From the NCBI RefSeq assembly GCF_006345805.1, contig NC_043003.1, forward strand, positions 45,260,001 to 45,324,000: a stretch of DNA of 64,000 nt, given 5' to 3'. Position 1 is the first letter of the stretch; every line of letters starts with the position of its first letter. This DNA is from Octopus sinensis. Taxonomy: Eukaryota. Below, piece by piece: positions 25,261-38,344 of the stretch. The translations under genes and the position numbers were made by a program. The notes below the pieces were generated by a model, which did no database searches, had not been told where the DNA came from, and was given only the letters and a program-made list of their open reading frames with translations.

Positions 25261-27340
25261 ACTTTAATACTGGGAAGAATAATTCACTGTTCTGAACATC
25301 GTTTTGAATTTTTTGAGGCCGACCGTTCATTCAAGAAATCAACCCACGGTAGAACAGGGGAACATAAATCACACATCCACTTAATTATACAAAACCAGAG
25401 ATAAGCATTCAGTCATCTCAATTCTTGATATTCGAAAAATGACTTATGCATGCGAGTCGTAGAGTACACGTGTCATATTTAGAATGCAGATAAAATTGGG
25501 TGCAGAACTCTTGAACATTAATGACGTCAGCGATATAAAATTACTGCAGTCATTGACTGAAATGGAATTGTTGTCATTACTCACCTTGAGTCTACCTCAT
25601 CATCATTAATTATTCGGTCACAAACCACTGATATAGTTTGTTGTGCAGATCAAAATACATTCCGTCTGTATTTTGTTTTGTTTTTTATATAGAAAAATTC
25701 CAGCCTGATTCAGACCAATTCAAATGTTTATCGCGCTTACATCTACAATTGTTGTCTCCGAGGAACTCGTCCGTCGGTTGGAATGCATCGCTGTGTGCAT
25801 TTATATTTTCGCTTCGTCGCCTAAAATGGATGACTCCTCGTGGGTGATATCAGTACACAAAGCAATGAACCGTTATGAGGCTGTAGCTTTAGCATAGGAT
25901 TTAACGATCCGAGCAGTCCGTAACGGCGGTTACGCATTACTGTTGCTAAGTTGTATGTTCATAATTATGTGAACTGGATTAAAAACATTGAGAAGTAGAG
26001 AAACATACTTTTCTACATCAAGAGGAATGAAAAAAGTCAGAAAATATAAGAATAGGAAAACTAATAGGTCAACTGAGTGTTAGACAGATATATTTTGAAC
26101 TTTTATAATATTTTTGGGACATTTTTTTATCATTAATCCTTAGAGTAAACTATTACGACGGTGAATTGGCAGGGTTAGATTAGTTTTTGAAATATCGCAA
26201 TAGCAGTCTATCCGATGTCAGAGCAATGAATGCCATGCTTTCCGATACTCGTTCCTGCACCCAGTGACATTAGTTCAAATTTCGCTCATGACAACTTTGC
26301 CTTTGATCCTTTCTTATTAAAAAGTAAAAATGCAAGTCAAGTAATGGGGAAGTTTTTTCGACTTCTATCCTTCAGAAGAGAGCACGCGAGGTGTTAAGAA
26401 AGAATTCATATCGTGGACCGATAAATCGACTCTTTGTGGATGCTGCAGCAAAGCAAATAATCTAAAATATTTCCTTCTTTACCTATATTATTCACATCAA
26501 ACTAAAAGGGCCAGTATAAAGTGTATAACGACAGAATTCTGTCAGACAGTGATCTGGTCGTAAGATTTTGGCAAGTGATTGTGTCAGAGGCGAAATCTTT
26601 GTTTCTGTACGATGACAAGTATAAATATGACGACATATGTGTATGTATCAGTAATGGAGTATGCTTAAACTCTCATACTAGGTTCCACTCAGTTTCGCAA
26701 CTGATGTGTCTAGTTATTTGAGAAATGTACTGAAAATAAAACTATTTATAATACTTCTATGTAACTTCAAACACAATTTTTGAGAAAATTTAAGTCTAAA
26801 CTCTCACAAAAAGAAAAGAGAAATATATGTCTGCGAAAAAACAATTGAAATAAAGATAGGATGTGCGTTGCTTTTTTTCAGTTATACAAACAAGGCAGCA
26901 AGTGGGTCAAATATCTTAAGTTGAGCTGCTAGAAATAGCTACTAATTATCCCTTGTTTCATACCGTTTCTGCCCCCCCCCCCAAAAAAAAAATAATCAGA
27001 GCTGGAATTATTATTTGTTTTATTATCATGTTAAGGATGATCAATAGTTAAATAAAGTAAATAATATAAGGTAAAAAATGTATTATAAGATGAAGAAGTT
27101 ATGATATCACGTCTGTGTATATCACACTACGACACTACATCAATGTGTTATAATGGCAACAGTGTCACTCCCCTAGAGCATTGTTATATTTGGAACACAA
27201 AATCCCAGATGAAATTATCTGTCAAATAAATACAATAAAGAAAGATAAACTTACGGAGAGTTTCAAATAAACAAATTGTCAGAATATCAATAAACATCCG
27301 TACTGTACAAACTAGCGTAAATAAATCATCTTGAGAACTA

Positions 27341-27374
27341 ATGGAACATCGTCGAGGATTTGTGGAGAGATCAG
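27341..27374 (+). CDS. Candidate first coding exon (MEHRRGFVERS, ends phase 1) of an unidentified gene
   Basis: ATG at 27341 follows an in-frame TGA and ends at a strong CAG|GTAAGA donor at 27375. It is in frame with the 32448 and 33814 candidates. No homolog recognised. Confidence 0.35.
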
Positions 27375-27493
27375 GTAAGATACTCATTATTTCCTTTTAA
27401 TAAATGTAGAGTTAAACATCATTATCTTACTATTTCTTAATGAAATCGTTGTTAAATGTCTGCAATCATTGTATAAGTGTTCAGATCCACGCT

Positions 27494-27829
27494 GGTCTGC
27501 CGTTACGTGCTGAGTTCAAATTCCGCCGAGGTCGACTTTGCCTTTCATCGTTTCGGGGTCGATAAATTAAGTACCAGTTACGCACTGGGGTCGATGTAAT
27601 CGACTTAATCCGTTTGTCTGTCCTTTTTTGTTCCCTCTGTGTTTAACCCCGTGTGGGTAGTAAAGAAATAGGTATTTCGTCCGCCGAGGTCGACTTTGCC
27701 TATCATCCTTTCGGGGTCGATTAAATAAGTACCAGTTACGCATTGGGTCGATATAATCGACTTAATCTGTTTGTCTGTCCTTGTTTGGCCCCTCTGTTTT
27801 TAGCCCCTTGTGGGTAGTAAAGAAATAGG
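27494..27829 (+). mobile_element. SINE-B head-to-tail dimer
   Basis: Two consecutive core+tail units, each ending gtgggtagtaaagaaatagg. The junction is at 27670-27681. Confidence 0.9.
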
Positions 27830-29934
27830 AATTTATGCGGAAATTATAACAATGCACTGTACGTCACCACTACGACTACTAGTCGTATAAAAAAAGAGTA
27901 GAAGAAAATTAAGAGTTAAAAGAAGGGAAGAAAAGGCTGTGAGCATAAGAAGAGGCCGATATTTTATTTATAAAGAATATTTTCAACAAAAGATGTTAAT
28001 GTATAACCCCCCACCACCACCACCTTCGTCAAGTATGTTGAATCAACACTTATTTTCCTTCTTTTCCCTACATTCACAGCATAAAGTCTTTATGAGCTTA
28101 TGAAAACAAGGCAAATTATATTTCAACCAGTCGGTGGATTGGTATAACGGGAGCAATATTGTATGTAAAGTAGTTATCTAGAATGAAAAGAATCTTAGAA
28201 TCACTAGGAAAACATTTAAAAGACTTATCACAATGTATGAAAGAGAAAACTCTTTATGTTTTGTTTTTCTTTATGTCACTGTTGTTATAGATTTCAAAAC
28301 ATGTTAGCTTGTTCATAACACGATTAAATGTCTTAGATGATTTGTCATAATTAAAGTTATGATTTTTCGCGCTATTAACATTATTTTATTGTTTTGTCTC
28401 GACTTTATAACGTCTCATATACATAGTCTAGGTGTTTCGTATACATAGTCCCCTACTGAATTTACTTTTGTGTTTGTTAGTATAGGATACGACCGGAAAT
28501 ACGTCTGCCACAAGAACAAGAAATAAGAAATAATCAACAGCACTCTAGAAAAAAAATAAAACGAAAGATTTTAATGAAAAGGTAGAGAAAGAAAGAAATG
28601 AGGGACCTGAATCTATTCTTTCTTTTGAGTTCGTGAGTTCGAATACTGTCTCGGAGCAGGCCTTCAATCTACTCAACAAAATATATGTAGAAGCCATTGT
28701 TACTCTTCTCTCTCAACGTCTCACATTACTCCATCTTCTGGTAGATGAACGCGTATAAGAAACAATGGTTTATGTCTGTTCGCTACTACATTGGCACTTT
28801 AATCAATTAGCATAAACATGATATATGCTCTGGTGCTTATCAATCTCAATAAGTTTAACGCTTCCTTATCATTAAAACTCGCTTCCTTCCTCTCGTCTTC
28901 ACGTCAACCTGATGCTTGGTAACTTTCCCTTGCACGACTTTCTTTGCTAAAAAAACAGTAATACCTGAGAAGAAAGAAGAGTTGACCCGAGCACTTGACT
29001 TCTACTTTCTTGATACGAAATGAACGAATGTTAAAGTTGACTTCAGCTGATACTGAATTACCTTCCATCCGACGCTCAAACTAATCAACCAATCCGACGT
29101 TTTTAAAAAATATATACTAAGGACATTTTAAAATATCGCTTCTTTGAAACACATTTTTTGGTTCATTGTTGATTGCTGCGTAATTTGGAAAATGATCAAA
29201 CATACAGAAAGACTGGAATCTCTAGCAAACGGGGCAATTTCAAACTATAAAATGTTTCCATCGCAGTTCCTATAACATTGCCATTGTCATGATAAAGAAA
29301 GAATGAAATTATACTCATGATGAATATACATTATGTTTTGCTTTGTATTATTGTTTTTTCCCCATAGATTCAGTTAATTTGTTTATTGTCTTTGGTTACA
29401 GAAAAAACTAAGAAACTAGAATAACACCAATGCAAAATTAAATTTAACCAACAAAATATTTTGCTAAGAATTTTTTATACTGCTTATCGCTTTCAATTAA
29501 CTGCAATCTTGTTTCAGATGTAGACATCCTGAGAGTGTGGTATATCGTATGTTATCAAAATCTCAAGGCTCATTACAAGTTGAATAAAGTCACAATTGAT
29601 ATGAATATTTGGGCGTATGATAGAAGCCCGGAGAACACAATTGCGAGAGAGTACTTAAAATGCATTATCGAAAACTCAGAAACCGTTAGGTTTCTCCAAT
29701 CAGACGCAGACGACTGTAGGCTCATTGGAACTACTTAAGTGTTTATGTTTCACTTTATTAAGAATTAAAAAAAAATATTTATCTTGCTTACTCATTAAAA
29801 AACATCACCAGAACTGCCACTAAATCCTAATTAAATTTTATAATATTCTCTGTCGTCCGTCCTTCTATAAATATACAAGATCATTATAATTGCTCCATGA
29901 AAAAAAATAAATTAAAACAATTATTTTCATTGAA

Positions 29935-30028
<94 letters not shown>

Positions 30029-30033
30029 TAATA

Positions 30034-30065
<32 letters not shown>

Positions 30066-30620
30066 AATACCATGATTATTATCAATGATTGCATTATTGT
30101 TTTTACTAATAATAGATGTGCTTTCTCTTGCTCCCGTTTGTACTATTTTTTTAATCGTTGTGAATGAATAACTTCAACAGTGTTATGATGGTGATGAACA
30201 GGAACAATATCATCAGCAGCAGCACCACCACCGTCGTCATCATCATCACCATGACCATCATCATCATTATCATCAACAACAACAATAACAACTACAGCAA
30301 CATTATAATAAGCTTCTTGTGCTATATTTATTTCAAGATAAAAAAAAAAATTGTGTCCGTGCATGTGTGTATATGTGTGTAAGTGTATGCATGTGTGTGT
30401 TTGTGTGTAAGTGTATGCATGTGTGTGTTTGTGTGTTTGTGTGTATGAGTTTATATACAGAAAAAAAAAGAGAAAGTGGGGAGGAAGAGAGGAAGGAGAG
30501 AATGAAGAAGAAAGGAAGTTGGAAAGAAAGACGTGAATAAAATGATAAACGACGAGAAAGGGTGTACCAGCAATAAAGCATTATGAGATCACGTCTTGCT
30601 TAGAGAAGAAGCTTATGTGC

Positions 30621-30639
30621 CAGCGACCTCTGGTGGCCA
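30621..30639 (-). promoter_or_regulatory. CTCF-like binding motif
   Basis: The minus strand reads TGGCCACCAGAGGTCGCTG, close to the canonical CTCF consensus TGGCCACCAG(G/A)GGGCGCT. It lies in non-repetitive-looking sequence. Confidence 0.55.
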
Positions 30640-30866
30640 CGTCAGACAGCCATGGTGTTTGCTTTGCATGCCGATAGAAGAGATTGTTTAGAATAAAGCT
30701 AGGCTAGACTGGAAAACAATTATCATTTTCTATCCAGACGTTGTTTACTTTTTGTAATAAAAGCTTGCAAGTTCGTGACTAAAGGCTATTAGTGCTGTAA
30801 TGGATCGTAAGAACGCGAAGGAGCAACATTTGGTGCTTTCGTCTCTGCACGCGCGTCTGAGAGTGT

Positions 30867-30954
<88 letters not shown>

Positions 30955-31112
30955 TTGTGCACGTTTGCTAGGGTAAGGTTGTGTGTGTGTTTATGTTGGG
31001 AGAGCAAGATGGAACAAAAAGAAGTAGAAAAACACTTTTGCTATTATACATACGCTTACGCATGCCCACATACAAAAGCCAATAAGACGAGTTTGTTCAT
31101 ATACACATATAC

Positions 31113-31160
<48 letters not shown>

Positions 31161-31373
31161 ACACACATACACGCAATTACACACGTGTGCACACATAGAT
31201 CTATATGTGTGTTTGTGTGTGTGTACGTACATATATGTAATACAAAATGCTGCATATATGTGCATGCGTATATAAACAAATACAAACACATATAATGTAT
31301 ATATATATACATACACATATATATGTGTGTATATATGTGTATATGTATAGACATACACACATATATACACATG

Positions 31374-31413
<40 letters not shown>

Positions 31414-32108
31414 CGTGTGTATATATATATATGTGTGTATATGTGTATATGCATATAAATGTTAAAGTGTATATGCATATATACAAATATGCATGTATAT
31501 ATATATATAAATATACACATATATATATATGTATATATGTATATACACATATATATGTATATAAATATATACATATACATGTGCTTGTTTATGCGTGTGT
31601 GTATATATACACAAACATATAAACGTGTGTATGTATATAAAGTCATGTACATATTAATCTATATATAGCATGTGTATACTATAAAAGCGGGTGCGGACAT
31701 GTTCGCATTACCTTAACCCCTCACACCATCTCCTCCCATTTCTTTAGCGTCTTTACATCTCTCCATATCCTTCAATATCCATCGTATTGTTTGCTCACGT
31801 ACTTTCCTCACTATTGGGAATGGAGTGAATAGCGACTCCCCACTGGGCATGTTAACCTTCTTCTGGTGCACAGAACGATAGAAACGGAAAGAGAAGGGGG
31901 GGGGGATCTCTCGCCGAAATGAAAGATCATTTCGTGGAACGTGTAAGTTATTGTAGTTGTTTTTGTATATGTGCGTATGTGTCCTTCGGTGAATCTGCAT
32001 ATCAATTTCTGCTGAGTTGATCTGTTAACTATGTTTAGAATCCAACATTTAATATTTACTTTGTCTAAAGAAAATCATGAACAAAAATATAAGTCGTTTT
32101 TTATTATA

Positions 32109-32155
<47 letters not shown>

Positions 32156-32447
32156 ATAACAATGAAAAATGATCAAGACTGAATCGTCGGTCGATATCAA
32201 ATCCAATTTCCTTGTCTTCTCTACCCTTAACTCTCACGTACTCTAATACTCTTAAGAAATAGCATCCTCTTGGCATTTGTTTTATGGGGGGTTTTTGAGG
32301 GGTTTTGTCATTTTGTTTCATTTCGTTAATATTTACAATTACAATGAGAATTTCTTTTTCTTTTTTCTGTAGTTTTGTTGACATTTTCGTTCATCTATTT
32401 TCATTAAATTATTTATGTCTTTTTCTATTTGTTATTTTCTTTTATAG

Positions 32448-32453
32448 AATCAG
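32448..32453 (+). CDS. Candidate 6-nt microexon AATCAG (or zero-length recursive splice site)
   Basis: A long U-rich tract (about 32350-32444) ends ttttcttttaTAG, then AATCAG, then GTAAGA. Confidence 0.5.
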
Positions 32454-33029
32454 GTAAGACGGAAATTAGAAGAGTGAATGCTGTAATGACTCAGGACTTG
32501 GCCGTTAATTTGTGGTTGACATCAGTTACGGTTTCGCTAAAGTGATTATATCACAGACAAACTGTGCTTGTGTTTTTTACGTGCTTAGGGACATTTAAAC
32601 AGCGCCACTACAACTGCTACACAAACACAACTCCCACCTCTGCCACAACCGCCACAAAACCCCACAACCGCCTCAACAAACCATAACCACTGCAATCACC
32701 ACAACCATCTCAACCATCACATCCACGTACATAACCACTGCAACCATTACATCTGTTTCCAGTTCTTCAATAGCAACCACTGCTACCACCATTATTGGTA
32801 TAATACTAGTTACCATATATTAACCGATATAATCGCCACCAGAACCGTTATATATTTTGTCTTCAGAAATTACCATCACCATCGTCGTCGTCATCATCAT
32901 CATCATCAGTAACAGCAGCAGTAACAGTGACGGCGGCAGCAGCAGCAGCAGCAGTGGTAGTTACGCGTGTATGTATTGTGTGTATATATATATATGTATG
33001 TATATATATATATATATAATATAGATATA

Positions 33030-33097
<68 letters not shown>

Positions 33098-33238
33098 AGG
33101 GCAAGAGACAGAGAGGGAGAGAGAAAAGAGAGGGAGTGTAAGAGAGGGGGAGAGAAAGAGTGAGAGGGAATGGAAGGGAGAGTGGCGGCAGCAATAGCAG
33201 CAGTAGAAACTGCGTGTGTATGTATTGTATATAATCTA

Positions 33239-33423
<185 letters not shown>

Positions 33424-33505
33424 GATTATATGGCGAGAGACAGAGCGGGAGAGAGAAAGAGAGAGACGGATAGGATAGAGAGAGACCTGTCTATCTAGCT
33501 AACTC

Positions 33506-33596
<91 letters not shown>

Positions 33597-33813
33597 GATA
33601 GATATATATGTGTGTGTATGTTGTTAAATTTTTTTCAGAATATATCTTTTCATAAAACTTTCACAAATACCGTCATACTTATTTGTAATTTTGCTCAAGT
33701 TGACCATTAAGACATATGCTATGTTTAAGTTACATTTCATTGTAATATCGCACATATCCCCGTTCTTTAGTCGAAGATAAGGTTGATTTTACGCTGTCCG
33801 TAGATATTTTCAG

Positions 33814-33881
33814 AATTGCTATTCACAGAAATGGCGAATGACAAACGAGAGGCGTTTATGTTGCCTGTTAATCGTATCAGA
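33814..33881 (+). CDS. Candidate internal exon (E)LLFTEMANDKREAFMLPVNRIR, phase 1 to phase 0
   Basis: atattttCAG acceptor and AGA|GTGAGT donor. The 68-nt frame is open and continues the upstream candidates. An alternative acceptor at 33828 would expose the ATG at 33831. Confidence 0.45.
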
Positions 33882-34569
33882 GTGAGTGAGAGATCGATTG
33901 TATTATACACTCGAGGATATATTTTTGCCAGTTTCATAAATCAACCAATCTTTAAGCGTAATCTCTTGAATCTACACCAGAATAAAACTTTGGTTTCCAT
34001 CTTTCTTTTTATTGGCATAGACTGGTCATACATTGTTAGCGAAATCTATTGGAAATAATTTTTATTTAATACATACCAATTACGAGTATAAATACAGAAA
34101 CGATTTGAACGTGACTATCTTTGTTGTGAATCTATTGCAATCATATATACAGCCTTTTGAATATGTACCAAACACGTACAGTCAGCAGAAATATTTGCTT
34201 ATATGAATCATTACAATGCCAGAGTGTGTGTGCGTTAGTTAATCTTTATAGCATGATTCGTGATTTTTAAGCTTTGTTTATTTCAATACATACATTAAAT
34301 GCAGCTGATTCTCAATTAACGAAATGCTCCCGTAATAACAATCGGCGTGCTTTGACACAACTATAAACAAAGTGAATATATATATATTTTCATTTGTTTG
34401 ACAGATGTGTTAAAACCCGAATGAAAAACGGCTGATTGTATGAAATTATGAAAAATCATGGAAATGTAAAACAGAAAATAACTGCTAAATAAAGATACAC
34501 ACACACACACGCCCGCAAACGCACACACACACACACACGTCTGCCTTTCTCCCTCTCTTTCTCTGTCTT

Positions 34570-34611
<42 letters not shown>

Positions 34612-34626
34612 CAGAATAAGATAAAA

Positions 34627-34692
34627 AATCCAAGACTATGAAAGTTTTCAGAACATTTTTAAATGTTCTGAAATCTTTCATAGCCTTGAATT
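34627..34692. repeat. 32-bp-arm palindrome
   Basis: 34627-34658 pairs with 34661-34692 with 3 mismatches around a 2-nt centre. Confidence 0.9.
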
Positions 34693-34847
34693 ATATATAT
34701 ATATGCATGCTAATACATCACCTACGTTGGACTCCTCATTCGTATATTCATCGAACCTGGAGCTTAAACATAGTCTGTCCATATCACTTACTCAGCATTA
34801 CGCAACACCTTTGGGTCTTCTTGACACCATTACCTCTCATAACCCTA

Positions 34848-34892
<45 letters not shown>

Positions 34893-35018
34893 GGCATTAC
34901 TATACATAAATGCCACGCGCTAGGAGGGATACTTAAAGTCAAAACTACCGAAATAAATAAACACATAGTACGGAATACGAGGGAATGCAGATCTCGAAGC
35001 GAGCCTTTTAAAAACAGG

Positions 35019-35068
35019 ATTCAGCTACATATCATATAATTTCATAATCATATGATATGCAGCTGAAT
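35019..35068. repeat. 19-bp inverted repeat, 12-nt loop
   Basis: attcagctacatatcatat pairs with atatgatatgcagctgaat, one mismatch. Confidence 0.85.
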
Positions 35069-35097
35069 TCTGTATATCATATGCACACATACACATA

Positions 35098-35672
35098 GAG
35101 ATATGCAGGAAGTAAATAGACACGTTTAATTTTCAAAATTTCTGATGTAAGTGTCATAATAATTTTTCAGTGGTGTAGAATTTACATTGTAATTATTCTT
35201 TTTCATTCCAGGTGCCATTATATTAAACATTTGCGAAGAGTAACCGTGGCACGCACAAAAAAAATACACCACAAGTGTCAAATTTTCAAAGAAGTTGTAT
35301 TGTTGGGCAATCTGAGGCAGGTCTTAGCCAGCGAAATATTGCCAAAAATCTTCAAATTCCTCTTACTACTGTTAATAGAATTATAGCGCAATTCAAAAGC
35401 CAAGGAAAAGATTCAACAGATTCTCGTCCCGACCTACCTGGGCCCTCGGAAAGGAAGCTTCGCTGTTTGAAGAGTATTGTGGAAAACGAACCCCGTTCGA
35501 AAGCTAGTGTCATTGTAAAAAGCTAGAAGTTAGTCCAAGAACGTTTATTACACATCTGCATAAGCTTGGGTATTATGGACGAGCAGCTAGAAGATAAGCT
35601 CTCCTTCAACCAATTAATATCACATAAAAGATTTTGAAAATTAAAGGTGTCTATTTACTTCCTGCATATCTG
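35098..35672 (+). mobile_element. Internally deleted Tc1-like element with both TIRs
   Basis: 41-bp TIRs at 35099-35139 and 35631-35671 (1 mismatch), with TA on the left and TG on the right. It encodes the N-terminal HTH region (QRSCIVG...[22 protein letters not shown]...VSPRT...LGYYGRAARR) and no DDE domain. Confidence 0.9.
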
Positions 35673-35789
35673 TGTGTCTATATATATATGTACATACATA
35701 CATATATATATATAGATATATACAGAGAGAGAAAGAGAGTTGTGCTGGTTGGATCAAAGTAAAAATAAGATTTTGCTAAAGACGGAAGC

Positions 35790-35862
35790 TTGTCACTCTG
35801 TCCCAGTATCGAACCTGCAATCCTAACTTCACGAGTTCAATGTCCTAACCACTAGACCACGT
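35790..35862 (-). mobile_element. tRNA-derived SINE head (tRNA-like relic)
   Basis: The minus strand has cgtggtctagtggttagga (A box) and ggttcgatact (B box), but the acceptor and anticodon stems do not pair properly. Confidence 0.55.
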
Positions 35863-36578
35863 AGGAAATGCTGTGTTCATGTGATTGCGATATAGCATTC
35901 GGAACATATGCAATGAGGCACTTCGTTTGACATTGTTCTCCGTCACTTCAGTGCCATGTGTATTATCATATATTCCATATATGTATGCATGCTTGTGTAC
36001 ATGTCCATAGATTTTTGCGTGTGCACGTGTCTGTGTTTGTGTGAGTGCATGTAATTTTAATCCGACTCAACACTCTGCTGCGAAATTTTGCTGACGTCAA
36101 GCTTCATTATTTTTATGGTGGATTAATTAAAAGTGAAGGTAGGGCGATGAATTAGCGGAATTAATAGATACAAGACAGGAAGCTTTGCCATTTCTGATCG
36201 AGCTCCCGCAATCCACATGCAACACCTGCATCGACAATTATGACAATACGAGCGGGTTTTCTTTTTGCATTAGAGAACATCAAGGTTCAGTGTGTTAAGA
36301 TTTCATGCGTGCGCAACAGCCATTCTTACAACAAAATTTTAATCAATATATAGATGTTGTAAATAAATATTGAAATTAAATTATAGGTGTGGAAAATCTC
36401 CTTCCTCCTTATCTTTATTATATATATACAAATTATATATACAGATAGATACATAGTTAGATGGACAGACAGAAAGACAGACAGATAGATACATAGATAT
36501 AGATACACGAAATGCGGTGTCCTTAAAACCAACCAGCAATTATTTGTGTGTGTGTATGTATGTATGAATGTATGTATA

Positions 36579-36609
<31 letters not shown>

Positions 36610-36834
36610 CTATATATATATATTATATATATATATAATATATATATGTATATATGTATATATATGAATATATACATACATGTTTATACATATATATATA
36701 TATATTTGTGTGTGTATGTATGTATGTATATATGTATATATACGTATGTATGTATATATATATATATATACATACACACACACATATATGCATATGTTTG
36801 TGCGTGTGCCTATTTGTTTGTTTATATGGTGTCT

Positions 36835-37022
36835 ATTATTGTTCCCCATCACCGTTTGACAACTGCTGTTGATGTGTCTACGTCCCCGTAACCAAGCGGT
36901 TCGGCAAAAGAGAGCGATAGAATAAGTATTAAGCTTAAGAAATAAGTCCTAGGGTCGACTTGTTCGAGTTAAAAACCCGAGTCGGTGTTGCAGCATGGTT
37001 GCAATAAAATGACTGAAACAAA
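36835..37022 (+). mobile_element. SINE-A 3' module, diverged
   Basis: cgtccccgtaaccaagcggttcggcaaaagagagcgatagaataag...aaatgactgaaac, preceded by a TA/TG microsatellite. Confidence 0.8.
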
Positions 37023-37692
37023 AAAAAAAGAATAAGCGAACACACACACGCACAGATACATAGTAATTGATATGTACATACTAGTTGCCAGCAATATATT
37101 TAATATGTAAATCAATCTACCCAATACATTTACAACGCTAAAATTTATGGCTATGCTAGCAATGTGTTCGTTGAATGTTATTGGGTTCGATGTGGTGCTG
37201 AAGAAATAGTCAAAATTTCTGAAATAAATATATCCATCCATTATGTATTTTACTCCGTCCAATCGCCTTGTTTATGTAGACGTTTTTGTATACGAAACGT
37301 TGTAATTTTCAGTATTGGATATAAATTCTATAAAATATTTGTAGAGATACCATGAAAGCGATATATATATATATATATATAAATCGATTATCTCCCTTAT
37401 ACCGGAAGAAATCCCTTATTACCTTCCCCTGCCTGGAACTCTTCTTTGCACTTCATAACGAAGACATGACACGATGTAGGTAAAGACATTTGAGAAATCT
37501 GAAAAGTTTACACGACACCGGTTATTTCTCCCAAAACTATGTTACTATATACAAAATTTTATAACATTTTTCTAACATAACGACTTAAATATATTCTTTA
37601 ACCTTATAAAAGAAGCCTTCTGTAGTTTTTTCACTCTTTTCTATTTTTTATACACCCAACTACGTGCTTTCACACACCAACTTTCTCACCTA

Positions 37693-37738
<46 letters not shown>

Positions 37739-38154
37739 TATATATAACAAATTATGTGGAATTATCAATCTGAGCAAAATAATTCATAACCTCTGTATTG
37801 GAACAGCAGTCTACGTTGATTAGTGAAGAGCTCTAGGTAATCTTTTGGTAGGGTCCAATATTATGGTTTATCACAATTCTATATTGTAAATGTGTGGATG
37901 ACGTCCAGACTGATTGCATATTACACGAAGTGATATATAACCAGAAATGGCTCTGACGAAAATAGCATTAATTTTCTTCGTTCAATTTCCCTCAATTGAT
38001 CAATAGACCAATTGAGTAAACTTATCAGTAATGTACCTATGACGAGTACTCGAAACAGCTGTAAGCCTAATTTGCTCTAATAAAGGAATATTATGAAATG
38101 ACCATTAATTCCAACGTGTTTCTTACACATAGATATATTACATGTACATGACTG

Positions 38155-38301
38155 TGTTCTAAGAAGTTTGTTTCCCAAGCACATGGTTCTGGCTTGAGTA
38201 CCACTGCGTGGTTATTTGGGTAAGTGTCTTCTACTATAGCCTCAAGCCGACCAAAACTTTGTGAGTGGATTTAGTAGACAGAAACTGAAAGAAGCCCGTC
38301 G

Positions 38302-38344
<43 letters not shown>

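Noticed and set aside
37424-37497. Minus-strand exon-like segment with AG and GTAATA
   Set aside because: The pyrimidine tract is short, the sequence looks repeat-derived, and no frame yields a recognisable peptide.
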